64,000 nucleotides of DNA from Eledone cirrhosa (taxonomy: Eukaryota): the NCBI GenBank assembly GCA_964016885.1, contig OZ024752.1, positions 1,674,001-1,738,000 of the forward strand, read 5' to 3'. The notes beneath the pieces are model-generated. The model saw nothing but the letters and a program-made list of their open reading frames with translations, was not told the DNA's origin and did not search any database. Both the position numbers and the translations under genes were made by a program. Positions 1 to 13,344 of the stretch are shown piece after piece; position 1 is the first letter of the stretch, and each line of letters opens with the position of its first letter.

Positions 1-603
1 ATTTGATTCAACGTTGACTGATTCACCATATACACCACATATAAAGGCTTTCTGTGGGAACGCAACAGATCTGCTATATTTACTTACATGGAATAACATA
101 AAAGTATATATGCATTCAACTTTTATAAAGTTTATGATTACTAAGGCTAAATCTAGAAATAAATTATTACTTCAGTAACCTGTAGGATGACGCACAATAC
201 TTCCATAATCGAGACTGTATGTTAATGAAATATCATTAAGTAGTGAAAGGATCGAGCAGTTATTCTTTATGAATAGAAATATACTTCATAAATCGTTAAA
301 GGCGTGTGTCACTTCACTTCAATGTCTCATTTACTTGACTGGTGGAACTAATACACAGGCACAATTTCTAGAGGATGTGACAAAAAGGGTATATTTCAAA
401 AAGGCTATATTTTCTTTAAACAACTGACAATACAATCAGTGGTAACCTCGTACATCGGAATATAAGCTGTATTTATGTATATAAATTTTATGAATTTTTA
501 TAAAGTTAATTACATATTCAGCATTTTGAAAAAAAGTCGGATGAATCTTTTAAATATATTCATTATACATACACACATAGATACATACATATATGTATGT
601 ATG

Positions 604-608
<5 letters not shown>

Positions 609-688
<80 letters not shown>
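609..688. repeat. (TA)n microsatellite, representative of dozens of TA/CA/GA tracts in the window
   Basis: Pure TA dinucleotide run; similar long tracts at 6849-6961, 8821-9030, 49060-49151 and 51198-51285. Confidence 0.99.
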
Positions 689-692
<4 letters not shown>

Positions 693-1337
693 ATACTTGG
701 GGAGGGTCATATTTGTGTAATATTGCCAGAATTAATAACAGAACACACTCACTGTTTGGTTGGTTTTCGCTTTTCGCTTCTGTGTCTCTTATATCGGTAA
801 TCAAATTTATGCGGTCCTCAATGTTGCCATTGACAGACCAACGGTTAAAAATAATACAGTTACAATATAGACACAAACACATATATATATAGTTTATCAA
901 AGTTATTTCGTTGCACATCTGCAACATCGTCAGTGGTGCTATAGATTCTTCCCGTTGCATTGTATTTCTACGCCATCTTTATTTAGTCTGTATATATATT
1001 TATTTATTTATTTGTTTGTTTGTTTATTTTATTTTGTCTCCTTTGCGCATGCGTTTGCGTATGTGTATAGTGTTTTTTTTTATGTGTGTTCGTGATTGGG
1101 TGACTGTATATTGGTTAATGTGTTCTATGTTTACTAGTGTGTGTTTATGTGTTTGTTGTTATTGTGCTTGTGTATGTATTTACTTATTTATTTATATATT
1201 TATTTATTTATCTACAGTGAGTGTGTTCTGTTATTAATTGTGGCAATATTACACAAATATGACCCTCCCCAAGTATAACAATATTTGTTTCGACAGACGA
1301 TTTCATATACAAATCTCGCAAAACTAATTCATCGCCG

Positions 1338-1340
<3 letters not shown>
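687..1340. mobile_element. PLE-derived fold-back element, family C2, between (TA)n tracts
   Basis: ttgttatacttggggagggtcatatttgtgtaatattgcc...cactcactgt (688-754) is inverted at ~1213-1282, followed by a ~55 bp tail; same terminus as the GIY-YIG-bearing element at 23771-25213. Confidence 0.8.
896..936 (-). ncRNA. Type I hammerhead-like motif (degenerate), family C2
   Basis: Minus strand: cacca CTGACGA t gttgca-gatg-tgcaac GAAA taactt tgat; helix II perfect, helices I and III weak. Confidence 0.5.
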
Positions 1341-1385
<45 letters not shown>

Positions 1386-1387
1386 AA

Positions 1388-1595
1388 AGGTTATATTTAA
1401 TTTGTTGGGATACTATCCAGGAGATTCGAACCAGAATGGTTGCATTTTTTAAGGGTATGCCAATATGTATTTATAAATCTAACCTATATTATATTTTATC
1501 TGATGAAAGCGCACCATAGTTTACCTTGGTGGCCCTTGAAATAGGTATAATGAAATAAATATGGTTTTATAAATATAGTTTCCACTTGTTAATAT

Positions 1596-1599
<4 letters not shown>
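1388..1599 (+). mobile_element. PLE-derived element, family A, with short inverted tail
   Basis: Homologous to 8386-8820, 44332-44651, 53378-53778 and 54100-54540; ends in (TA)n. Confidence 0.8.
1492..1557 (+). ncRNA. Minimal type I hammerhead ribozyme, family A
   Basis: tattttat CTGATGA aagcgcacca..tggtggccctt GAAA taggta TA atgaaata; helix I tattttat/atgaaata. Confidence 0.7.
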
Positions 1600-1651
<52 letters not shown>

Positions 1652-1654
<3 letters not shown>

Positions 1655-2664
1655 TTTCTGAATTTGTTTAGCAAGATTCTTTATCTGAAAACGTGTGTTG
1701 AAATCGAAATTGTTATACTTTGGGAGGGTCATGTTGCCAATAAGAAACACACGTACAAGTTGCTTTCACTTCAATTTATTATAATAAATTTATAATAAAT
1801 TTATAAATTTAGGAATTTATAAATTTCTGGTTGGTTGGTCGGTTCCAGAACCAGATGATTGTTTATATATTGTCAAAGTTCTTTCGTCACACATTCTGTG
1901 ACCTCTTCAATGACTGGGGATTATTTTCTTTGTTGTTGTGCCTCTCCTTTGTCCTGTCCTACGCCATCTTGTTTTTGCGTGTCTGTTGTGTGCTTAGTTT
2001 GCGCATGTGTTACATCCGGGGGTCTGTGTGTGTTTATATTCGTTTACTTATTTACATGTTACTGATTGGTTGTTTGTTCTATGAGCGTGTGTTTGTTTTA
2101 ATTTTGTCCTTAATCTTAAGTTGTGATGTTGCTGTTCCACTCATGTTTTCTATTTAATTTTGGTTGGAGTTCATTTATGTTTATTGCCTCCGTGATTTGT
2201 CTAAACATTGCCTCACAGAGGCAATAAACATAAATGAACTCCAACCAAATTAAATAGAAAACATGAGTGGAACAGCAACATTACAACTTACAATTAATAA
2301 CAAAATGAAAACACACACCAGTAACATGTAAATAAACAAATAAGTAAACGAATATAAACACACACAGACACACGGATGTAACACATGCGCAAACTAAGCA
2401 CACAACACACACACAAAACAAGATGGCCTAGGACAGAACAAAGGAGAAGCACAAAAACAAAGAAAATAATCCCCAGTCACTGAAGAGGTCACATAATGTG
2501 TGACGAAAGAACGTTGACAATATATAAACAATCATATGGTTGTGGAACCAACCAACCAACCGGAAATTTATAAATTCCTAAATTTATAAATTTATTATAA
2601 TAAATTGAAGTGAAAGCAACTCGTGCGTGTGTTTCTTATTGGCAACATGACCCTCCCAAAGTAT

Positions 2665-2670
<6 letters not shown>
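1652..2670. mobile_element. PLE fold-back element, family C
   Basis: Arms ~1709-2195 and 2213-2670; centre encodes the last GIY-YIG residues (ITEAININELQP..NRKHEWNSN); decayed HHRs at ~1872-1914 (-) and 2476-2518 (+); flanked by (TA)n. Confidence 0.9.
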
Positions 2671-2717
<47 letters not shown>

Positions 2718-2770
2718 TATATACAGTATCTATATATATACTGTATATATATATATTTATATATATATAT

Positions 2771-3182
2771 CCAGGGAGTGTAACGTGGAGTTACTGTAGG
2801 TTCACCCAGGTAAGCACTCGATCTCTGGGTTCACCTCAGTGGCGAGGTGTAGAGCTAGACAGAGTGAAATATAATAATACAAGAACGATTTGTTAAGCCT
2901 TCATTACGTTTATTGATTGGTGACGTAAGTTTCGGTATTGATCAGCTTTTGGTTCGATCTGTACCAATCTGGCGCGTCAGTGGAATCAAAAGCTCGTCGG
3001 AATTCTGTTGTATTAATGATAGAATCATTCTGTCATTACCACAAAAGAGGTCCGTCGAGCTTTTGATTCCAGAGTCGGGACTGATCGAGCCAGACCAAAC
3101 CTAGAGCTGATTAATAGCGAAACGCGTGTCTCCAATCAAAACATGTATTCATTAACAAATCGCCTTTGTATTGTTATCATTA
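2771..3182. mobile_element. Fold-back element, family J, with decayed long-helix-II HHR
   Basis: ~2870-3000 is inverted at ~3052-3180; second copy at 51621-51850; conserved gc GAAA cgcg(c/t) GTC. Confidence 0.7.
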
Positions 3183-3377
3183 TAAATAAAAATAAACAAA
3201 TAAGTAAATAAATATTAATAATAAATAAAAAAAAAATAAAGAAAGCATTATTATCATTACATATATGTATAATAATAATAATAATGATAATAATAATAAT
3301 GAATAATGATAATAATGGTTTCTTTATTTTGATTTATTTATTTATTGATAATTTTTATTTATTTATATATATATATA

Positions 3378-3670
3378 TTGTGGTATAAATGTTTGTAGTT
3401 GTAATGCTAAGACAATGCAGGTATGGTTATAGAATATAAATGCAAATGCAAAAGATAGTGTTGACAATTAGTCTTTTACCTTAAATTTATTTAAAGATAT
3501 TATCTCGAAAATTAAGGATATTTAAATATATTTAAGGTAAAAGACTAATTGTCAACAATATCTGTTGCATTTTCATTTATATTCTATATCCATACCTGCA
3601 TTGTCTTGGCCTTACAACTACAAACGTTTATACCTCATTACACAATGCTTCAAGTGAACTACACCTTCCT

Positions 3671-3672
<2 letters not shown>
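3378..3672. mobile_element. Short fold-back copy of PLE family B
   Basis: Arms ~3380-3496 and ~3520-3640, homologous to the termini of 4124-5769; flanked by (TA)n. Confidence 0.85.
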
Positions 3673-3730
<58 letters not shown>

Positions 3731-4051
3731 ACAAAATTTCGGTCTATATGGCTGAATACAATAATTATGCAAACAAGGCTCATTTTTAAAGCCATGTCAG
3801 TAAAATGTCACTGTATATTTTAGAGAATAGCATATATTTTCACTAGCTCTGACAGTTAGCAGGTAAACAGTGAGCTGTACTGATGAAGGGTGATATCCAG
3901 AAACATTGTCTGCAGTTCTGTTTACATCCCAACACAAGGGCAAGAAAAGAAGGGTTCATTCTACAGAAATGGCTTTAGAAATTAGGCTTGTTTGTAAAAT
4001 TGCAAACGAATCGTATGTTATTATTAATATTCGAAAAGCTCAGATTACATT

Positions 4052-4127
<76 letters not shown>

Positions 4128-4709
4128 AGGAGGTTATAGTTAACTTGAAGCATTGTGTAATGAGGTATAAACGTTTGAATATGTGTAATAAAGCCAAAAC
4201 AATGCAGGTATGGACATAGAAAAAAGAATGCAATTGTAAAAGATATTGTTGACAATTCGTCCTTTACCTTAGATTTATTTTAATGTCCTTAATTTTCGAG
4301 ATAATATCTCTTATTCAGAGGGAAATAAAGGTCTCAAACCAGCGTTCTAAATATCTTGCCAAGCCATGCTGACAGGAAATAGTATAGAGTATCTGTTCTA
4401 TCTCTAATGTCAAAGAGTTAAAATTAGGTGGTTAAAGAGTAGTCTCCCTTTAAAAGAGGTTTGTTTAGGGTTTTTAATTTTTTTAATTTTATATACATGC
4501 CTGTATAAGTGTGTGGTAGAATGCATGAAGGTGTAAGTATGTGAGTGTGTGTGTGTGAGTGTGAGAAGATAAGTCTATTCGTAAATGTGGGGGATAGGTG
4601 TTATCTGGTGTTAGAACTGGTTTTGTGTGTGTATGTGTGAGAGAGAATAAGTGGAGGTGTAAGCGTGTGTGTGAGTGTGGGGTGTATAAATATGGGGCTA
4701 GAAGCCCTA

Positions 4710-5057
4710 TCAGGTTATAAATTGGGTGTTGAATTCTAGTCTATTATTGATTGGTGCTTGTGTTTTATCTATAATTAGTGCTTCCTTAATTCTAAGATTG
4801 CCGAGGTTTCTTTCCTTAGTTTCTATCCTAACTGTTATGGTTTTGCCGGTGTTTTTGCATTTAACTAGGTGTTTCTTAAATGAGGAAGCGTTAGTATTGA
4901 GGTGTTCTTTTATTCTTATGTGGAGTGGTCTGGTGGTGCTACCTACGTAGAAGTTGTTGCATTTGTCACACTCTAGTCTGTATATGACGTAAGCCTGGTT
5001 GCATAGGTCTGTGTCGTTGATGGGGCAGTTGGCTAGTCTGCAGCAGTTGTCATGTCT
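4710..5057 (-). pseudogene. 5'-truncated PLE C-terminal GIY-YIG endonuclease
   Basis: CCRLANCPIND..CNQAYVIYRLECDKCNNFYVGSTTRPLHIRIKEH...LRIKEALII...PINNRLE: VIY/YVG, conserved R, E and N motifs; upstream residues of the listed ORF come from the inverted arm. Confidence 0.92.
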
Positions 5058-5571
5058 GGAAAGAAACCTCGGCAATCTTAGAATTAAGGAAGCACTAATT
5101 ATAGATAAAACACAACCACCAATCAATAATAGACTAGAACTCAACACCCAATTTATAACCTGATAGGGCTTCTAGCCCCATATTTACCCCCCCCCCCCAC
5201 ACACACACACGCACGCGCGCACACACACGCTTACACCTCCACTTATTCTCTCTCACACATACACACACAAAACCAGTTCTAACACCAGATAACACCTATC
5301 CCCCACATTTACGAATAGACTTATCTTCTCACACTCACACACACACACTCACATACTTACACCTTCATGCATTCTACCACACACTTATACAGGCATGTAT
5401 ATAAAATTAAAAAAATTAAAAACCCTAAACAAACCTCTTTTAAAGGGAGACTACTCTTTAACCACCTAATTTTAACTCTTTGACATTAGAGATAGAACAG
5501 ATACTCTATACTATTTCCTGTCAGCATGGGTTGCCAAGATATTTAGAACGCTGGTTTGAGACCTTTATTTC

Positions 5572-5606
5572 CCTCTGAATAAGAGATATTATCTCGAAAA
5601 TTAAGG
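5572..5606 (+). ncRNA. Minimal hammerhead-like motif with variant core, family B (mirror at 4287-4321, minus)
   Basis: cct CTGAATA a gagat-att-atctc GAAA at TA agg; T at position 8 instead of G; palindromic AATT in place of helix III. Confidence 0.45.
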
Positions 5607-5765
5607 ACATTTAAATAAATCTAAGGTAAAGGACGAATTGTCAACAATATCTTTTACAATTGCATTCTTATTTCTATGTCCATACCTGCATTGTTTTGGC
5701 TTTATTACACATATTCAAACGTTTATACCTCATTACACAATGCTTCAAGTGAACTATAACCTCCT

Positions 5766-5829
<64 letters not shown>

Positions 5830-6845
5830 AGTATAATTGGAATAGAATGCCGTGAATGAAGCAAAATAGAAACTTCGACGTAATCTTTCGATTAAATAAT
5901 TATTTCAACTTTTGGCACAAGGCCAGCAATTTTCTCAGTCCATTACTGGTACTTTATTTTATCGAAAACTTAAGGATGAAATTCAAGTCTAATATGTGCA
6001 CTATAAACCAACTGAAGGTTAAAATACGAGTATACACATATGTGCTGATACCTATCTTTTCCCGTTCAGTGGGTTTATAGGCCCCGTTATTATAATGTAT
6101 TATTTAATCAAAATACTAGGGCCAAACACCTATTTTAAGTGATACATACCATCACTAACAATATATACATAAATAAAACACACACTAACCTCAAAGTGAG
6201 CTGCAATAAAATTTCAATGAAATCCTTAATTATTTTGAATTTTGTTAAACAATTATGTCTGTATGTCAATTAGTTAAAGTGAGACATATAAACACGGAAG
6301 TAAAAAAAAAGGTGCAAATAATAATTTCACAGTTAATGTGGTGTAGTAAATAACCCTCAGTCATGAGGGTAAATTTGAGGATAGCCTCAGTAGGATAGAA
6401 GAGGTCCCACTGTCTCTGCCTCCACCAGTCTTGCACTCTCCATCTCTCAACATTTTTAGCAAAAGGGGGCCCCATGCGCTGGGCGCCCCACTGCGTCGCA
6501 TGACAGAATAGAGAAGGCGTTTCCCCGGAGGGTGATGGCGAAATGGTTGGCTTCACATAAAATTATTTACCCCACATAAAATTATGTCCCTCGTATAAAA
6601 CAATGTACCTCGCCTTACATGGTCGAGGATTTATCAACGAAAGTATTAATGTATTTGTGTATTCTTGCCGCAAGTTCAAATTTACTCGAAAGTTTAGCGT
6701 AATGTAGATTTAATTCTGTATATGCTGTTTGATTTTCACTTTAATTCCCTGACAAATCAATGCTACTATTATTGCCTGTAAATGAGTGAAGACGTTTGTA
6801 GAAGGAGAAATACACATATATAGTCGTACACGCACACGTACATAC

Positions 6846-7108
<263 letters not shown>

Positions 7109-7573
7109 AATAGAGAGAGATAGAGAGAGATAGTGATAGGGAAAGACCAATGCAACTCATTCTAATTTTCCATGACATCGACTATATGTATAAAATTAAT
7201 GCGAGTAATTAAAGTATCTCAGATAAATAATATAATTCCTTCAGTATCATTCTGGTATTTATAGTGGAGTGCTGTAATTTATGTTCTATTCTCCACATGT
7301 ACAGCCTTCCAATATGAGACAAACAAGGATTATTCTGTTATGTTTCAATGGCAACGTTTGATTGTAATGCGTAGCAGCGATCTTTTGGTATGGAATAATA
7401 AACTCATTTATTAGTAATGTTTATGATTTAGACACTGATATTTGAGTCAATTATATGGATAAGCTTTACAAAGACAAGGTTCGTCTTAGGCGTGGTAATC
7501 TAATTTTATATGATGTCCAAGACATTATCAGAATGAATAAATTTGATATAATTTGATGGGGTGAATTCATGAT

Positions 7574-7735
7574 ATATTGTAATAATGCAAGGTATTTGAA
7601 ATATATATGAACCTTCACTCATAAATGTTGCAATTCGTCAAAAGTATGTGACGCTTCTATCAAATGAATATATAACGTATATAGAAACAGTTATAATTCT
7701 AAACCAAAACACTGCCTGGCAGTTCAGTCCATAGC
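7574..7735 (+). repeat. Family G 3' end, inverted partner of 9031-9190
   Basis: ~160 bp closely matching the reverse complement of 9031-9190; contains GAAA tata TA tgaa (HHR 3' half-like). Confidence 0.8.
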
Positions 7736-7738
7736 ATG

Positions 7739-7812
<74 letters not shown>

Positions 7813-7829
7813 AAATATATATATGTACG

Positions 7830-7865
<36 letters not shown>

Positions 7866-8346
7866 TATTGAAGTTTCCGTTGGAATTGAAAAAGTCATAG
7901 GAGTGAAGAGTGCTCTATGTAAGTACCAGAGCAAAATTTAATGTATAATAAACAATACAACATAATTACCTCATTACCAGAGGGTTCCCGAATAAGACGA
8001 ATACGAAAGAAACGTCCTCATTCGTTCGTCGGACAAGGCAATATAAAACATAGTGAAATATTTGGAAAGTCTCCTCAAGAAATACAAAAAAAAAATATAT
8101 ATATATATATATATAAAGGTAATGCAATAGACATATAAAATATATAAAAAACATATATAAAACGAAATATAGTTAGGTGTGTGTATATGTATGTATATAC
8201 ACTCACAAATGTACATATGTATTTATGTACAAATGCATGTGTATGGTGAAAATGTGTGCGTAAGTACATATATGAGGGCAAGTATATTTGTGTATATGTA
8301 ACCACACATACGGATATAATCTAGTTGACACGAATCCAGAAGCAGG

Positions 8347-8381
<35 letters not shown>

Positions 8382-8385
8382 AAAA

Positions 8386-8820
8386 TTCTATTTAAATTGT
8401 TGGGATACAACAAGCAAATATTTTTATAACTGATATAAAGCACTCAACAAATTATTGGAGTCAAAATACGATATTAACAAATGGAAACTATATTTATAAA
8501 ACCATATTTATTTCATTATACTTATTTCAAGGACAACAAGTTAAATTATTGTGTGCTTTCATCAGATAAAATATAATATAGAGCAGTTTTATAAATAAAT
8601 ATTGACATACCCTTAAAGAATGCGACCATTACTGTTGGAAGCCCCCGGATAGTGCTCCCAGTAATGGTCGCATTTTTTAAGGGTCAATATTTATTTATAA
8701 AACTGGTCTATATTATATTTTATCTAATGAAAGCACACCGTAATTTAACTTGGTGTCCTTGAAATATGTATAATGAAATAAATATGGTTTTATAAATATA
8801 GTTTCCATTTGTTAATATCG
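8386..8820. mobile_element. Fold-back element, family A, with two HHR motifs
   Basis: Arms ~8468-8634 and ~8659-8822; intact CTGATGA core at 8509-8573 (-), mutated CTAATGA at 8716-8780 (+). Confidence 0.88.
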
Positions 8821-8826
8821 TATATA

Positions 8827-8880
<54 letters not shown>

Positions 8881-8886
8881 TATATG

Positions 8887-8918
<32 letters not shown>

Positions 8919-8937
8919 TAAATATATATATATATAA

Positions 8938-9030
<93 letters not shown>

Positions 9031-9033
<3 letters not shown>

Positions 9034-9187
9034 TATGGACTGAACTGCCAGGCAGTGATTTGGTTTAAAATTATAACTGATTCTATATACGTTATATATT
9101 CATGATAGAAGCGTCACATACTTTTGACGAATTGCAACATCTATGAGTGAAGGTTCATATATATTTCAAATACCTTGCATTATTACA

Positions 9188-9190
<3 letters not shown>
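9031..9190 (-). repeat. Family G 3' end embedded in (TA)n
   Basis: Reverse complement of 7574-7735. Confidence 0.8.
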
Positions 9191-9224
<34 letters not shown>

Positions 9225-10103
9225 ACTGCTCTGTAAAACAACTGATGTTATTACATTAAGCTACTTATCTTACTGGTAATAAGATAGTAATGAATTACTG
9301 TCTTTCACTATTTAGGGTTTAAAATATGTATAACCATAAAAGGTTTTATTAAATACATAACCATAAATAGTATCCTTAATACTATATATACATATATATA
9401 TATTATATTATATTATATATATATACCTTTTTAAATATATCGTTTTATTCATTGGGTATTCGTAATAGTCTTCGTTCAATATGGAAATACATTTACAGTG
9501 TTCGGTATTTATTTCATCGACCTCGGGAGAACGTAAAAAGTCGTTATTGCCGTAATATCTCACACTAATTAACCTCATCGAGCGATGCTCCAAGACTAAT
9601 ATAGATATCTAACTTGCCTTATTACATGACAAATATGAAAACATGTTTAATACGACACAGCTTCACGATCAGTAATATTGGAAAAAGCAAATATGTATAT
9701 TTATATGTATTACGGGGTTAATTACTTATGAATAATTTACGCAATTGCAATTGCATAGTGTTTTGCCAATGATACGATCAACAGAGAAAGCTGCATTTCA
9801 TTGTACCACATGATATTGCGAAATTATTTATGAGAACTGAAATATACCATTGAAATCAGTTGGCTGTCTATCAAGGTTATAATTGTGAAGAGTGTTTTCT
9901 CATTTATCTTTTGTTACACTACGTGTAAAATCAAACAAGTGACCCTAAGAAAGATGATTGAATAACATCTATGAGCTCGGCTAGTGTCGCCTGAGGATCC
10001 AGCCGGATCAATTCGAGACGATAACTTCTGATAGAACCCACAGGATGGCATGAATTAGGACTGCTCTGGCGACCTTTCTCAAATAGGGATTCGAAAATAA
10101 AAT

Positions 10104-10128
10104 AGAAGAAGAAGAAGAAGAAGAAGAA

Positions 10129-10160
<32 letters not shown>
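10104..10160. repeat. (GAA)n microsatellite
   Basis: Direct reading. Confidence 0.98.
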
Positions 10161-10223
10161 AAATCATTTTCATCAAAAACAAAAATATGAGGCCATTTAA
10201 ATAATTTATGAAACTTGAAGTGC

Positions 10224-10300
<77 letters not shown>

Positions 10301-10324
10301 TTATATAAATATATATATATCCAA

Positions 10325-10570
10325 GTGGAGGCACGTGGCCTAGTGGTAAGTGTGTTGGACTCACGATAATAATGTCGTGGGTACGATTCCTGGGTTGCGT
10401 GTTGTGTTCTTGAGCAAACCACTTTATTTTGCGTTGCTCAAGTATACTCAGCTGTAATGGACTGCCGTCCTGCCCACAGGGAGTCTTGTACACTCAGTCG
10501 CTTCACGCCATGAAACCGGGATAAGAACCGGCCAAATGAGCCTGCTAGCTTAAGACAGACTTTATACTTT
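10325..10570 (+). mobile_element. tRNA-derived SINE
   Basis: A-box-like tggcctagtgg, B-box-like gtacgattcc, CORE-like gtgttcttgagcaaaccacttt, acttt-type tail. Confidence 0.75.
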
Positions 10571-10723
10571 AGATATATATCCAAAACATGTTCTCGTCAG
10601 ACAAAATGCATAGGAGATGCAGGTTACTTATGATATACTGGCGTTCAAACGAGCTGGACAGATCGGTGTCAACCTACCATATGACTAGAAAAAAATCCCA
10701 ACACATCCCAAGATGTTATATAC

Positions 10724-10770
<47 letters not shown>

Positions 10771-10773
<3 letters not shown>

Positions 10774-10964
10774 AACAAGTAAGACCCCGACGGCTGAGCT
10801 GAAGCCGTTTCGACGGCTAATTCTGGACGTCCAGAATTAGCCGTCGAAACGACTTGAGCTCAGCCGTCGGGGTCTTACTTGTTCCTATTACCCACTCTAC
10901 TACTCTAAGTATTGAGTACTTTGGTGCGTTATGGTCCACCTGGTTCCTTACCACATTTCCTTCG

Positions 10965-10967
<3 letters not shown>
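10771..10967. mobile_element. Short hairpin element, family D
   Basis: Palindrome centred at 10828/10829 (ctggac|gtccag) plus ~80 bp tail; (TA)n on both sides. Confidence 0.9.
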
Positions 10968-11018
<51 letters not shown>

Positions 11019-11238
11019 GCGTGAGAGTGGTCGAAAATTATATTTAAGTACGTATTGTACGAATAGAGGAAAATATTAACTATTGGCATATCTATTATTA
11101 TGAGAAAAGATGTATGTATTATAGCCTATTTTATCAGTTTATATTAAAATAAATTTACTTATATATATATTTGGACCAATCTAGTTACGTCATATTTTAA
11201 ATAATTTCAAAAACGTGATGTTCAACTGTATTTTTAAA

Positions 11239-11272
<34 letters not shown>

Positions 11273-11276
<4 letters not shown>

Positions 11277-11470
11277 TTCAAATATTAACAAAATAGATAT
11301 TGTTGTGGTCAATTAAATTTTATTATACAATTTAATTGAACACAAGAATATCTATTTTGTTAATATTTGAATTAATATTAATAACTCTGGTAAATATAGT
11401 TGTAGAGTGCTTCCAATCTATTGTAAACTCATTCTTTAAAGTACTCATTGAATCTTGTTTAACTCTTAAA
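11273..11470. mobile_element. Short fold-back plus tail between (TA)n tracts (unassigned family)
   Basis: taattcaaatattaacaaaatagatatt... is inverted at ~11330-11374, then a ~95 bp unique tail. Confidence 0.6.
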
Positions 11471-11565
11471 TATATATAAATACGTATATATATATATATA
11501 TATATATATAAATATATATATATATAAATAAAATTTCAAGTTATCAATAATGTAGTGATAATATA

Positions 11566-11826
11566 TCGTCACGTTAGAGATGAACAGCGTACGTGTAGGT
11601 TTGCTCAACGAGTATGAATTATATTCCGGAGAAAATGTAGAAAAGATGAATATAAAATGAAAATGCTTTTATAAAGGAATGTATTAGGTATTGACATATG
11701 TTTCTGTAACAGACGGAATACCTATGTATCGCTGCTTGCGTAATCATATACTGTTACAGAAACATATGTCAATACCTAATAAATTCCTTTATAAAAGCAC
11801 TTTCATTTTATATTCATCTTTTCTAT
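11566..11826. mobile_element. Fold-back element, family F, with HHR 3' halves
   Basis: Arms 11638-11712 and 11751-11826; GAAA catatg TC at 11759-11770 and its mirror. Confidence 0.75.
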
Positions 11827-11828
11827 AT

Positions 11829-11952
<124 letters not shown>

Positions 11953-11977
11953 ATATATATATTTGTATATATATATA

Positions 11978-12169
11978 TAACAAAAGGAAATGTGGTAAGG
12001 AACCAGGTGGACAATAACGCACCAAAGTACTCAATACTTAGGGTAGTAGAGTGGGTAATAGGAACGAGTAGGACCCCGACGGCTGAGCACAAGCCGTTTC
12101 GACGGCTAATTCGTCCAGAATTAGCCGTCGAAACGGCTTGAGCTCAGCCGTCGGGGTCCTACTCGTTCC

Positions 12170-12171
<2 letters not shown>
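11978..12171. mobile_element. Short hairpin element, family D (opposite orientation)
   Basis: Tail 11978-12057, palindrome centred at ~12111. Confidence 0.9.
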
Positions 12172-12266
<95 letters not shown>

Positions 12267-12907
12267 TTAGACAGTTTATATGTATATATAAACTGTATAG
12301 TACTATATAGTAAAGAACGAAAAGTTATGAGTACATAATTCAAAGGTAAATTACCCGTGTTTATCAATATTTTAAATTGCTAATATGAGTGGAAAAGTAT
12401 TTAGCAATTGGTATGGCTTTTTTATACTGATTTGGTTATAATGCTATGAGATAAATTATTTATTTCCAAAGAAGAGATGCAATTAGCGTGGTCTAATTTA
12501 TCCTTTCGACAACTATATTTAAGTAGTTATTGTACGAATAGAGGAAAATATTAACTATTGGCATAACTTATATATTAACTAAAGATACGGTAAATGAAAA
12601 TGTTCTCATGAAAACAATATTTGTGTAACTCTTTTGTCTATTCGTCTTTATTTTCTATTTAAACATAATAAAATCGCTTAACAATTATATATAAAGAAAT
12701 ATTACTTATTTAGTTTTTTTTATTAAGTTTAACTAAAAACTCTATGAAACGTTTTCGAAAAGCTGTGAAGACAACAAACTAAATATTTCAGATCGTTTAT
12801 TAATAATTAATTGCCTATTATAAAAGATAGGTAGATATCCTTTAGATATGGAAGTATTTTTATAAGGCAAAGCATTAGAAAGTTTCTGTCATATATAATT
12901 ATCTATA

Positions 12908-12944
<37 letters not shown>

Positions 12945-13116
12945 GTGTGTGTGTGTGTATAATATATATAAATGGCTTCTACAGGACTAGATCTGTTTAA
13001 TTCGGGAGAAACCAACAGTTCTAGTGGTGTAGAAATCATTTCCATATTAAATATTTATACTTTGCTATATATTGAGTACCATACTTACTGTGGTTACCCT
13101 CGGATGAACTCGAATG

Positions 13117-13179
<63 letters not shown>

Positions 13180-13288
13180 ACATATATATATAATATATAA
13201 TATATATATAATATATAATATATATAATATATATATATATATAATATATATATATAATATATATATAATATATATATAATATATATAT

Positions 13289-13340
<52 letters not shown>

Positions 13341-13344
<4 letters not shown>

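Larger units (their letters stand above)
4124..5769. mobile_element. Young Penelope-like fold-back element, family B (1.65 kb palindrome)
   Basis: Near-identical arms 4124-4815 and 5058-5769 with a 242-bp spacer; (TA)n on both sides; GIY-YIG coding remnant. Confidence 0.95.

Noticed and set aside
4040-5859. Twin ORFs MSTISFTIAF... on opposite strands, likewise 22853-23290 vs 22954-23283 and 23982-24251 vs 24834-25061
   Set aside because: Mirror products of palindromic arms lying in non-coding 3' regions
6360-6560. GC-richer patch with ORF 6266-6556 (-)
   Set aside because: No recognisable domain, TIR partner or second copy in the window
10325-10400. Possible tRNA gene
   Set aside because: A/B boxes are present but there is no complete cloverleaf, and it continues into a SINE body
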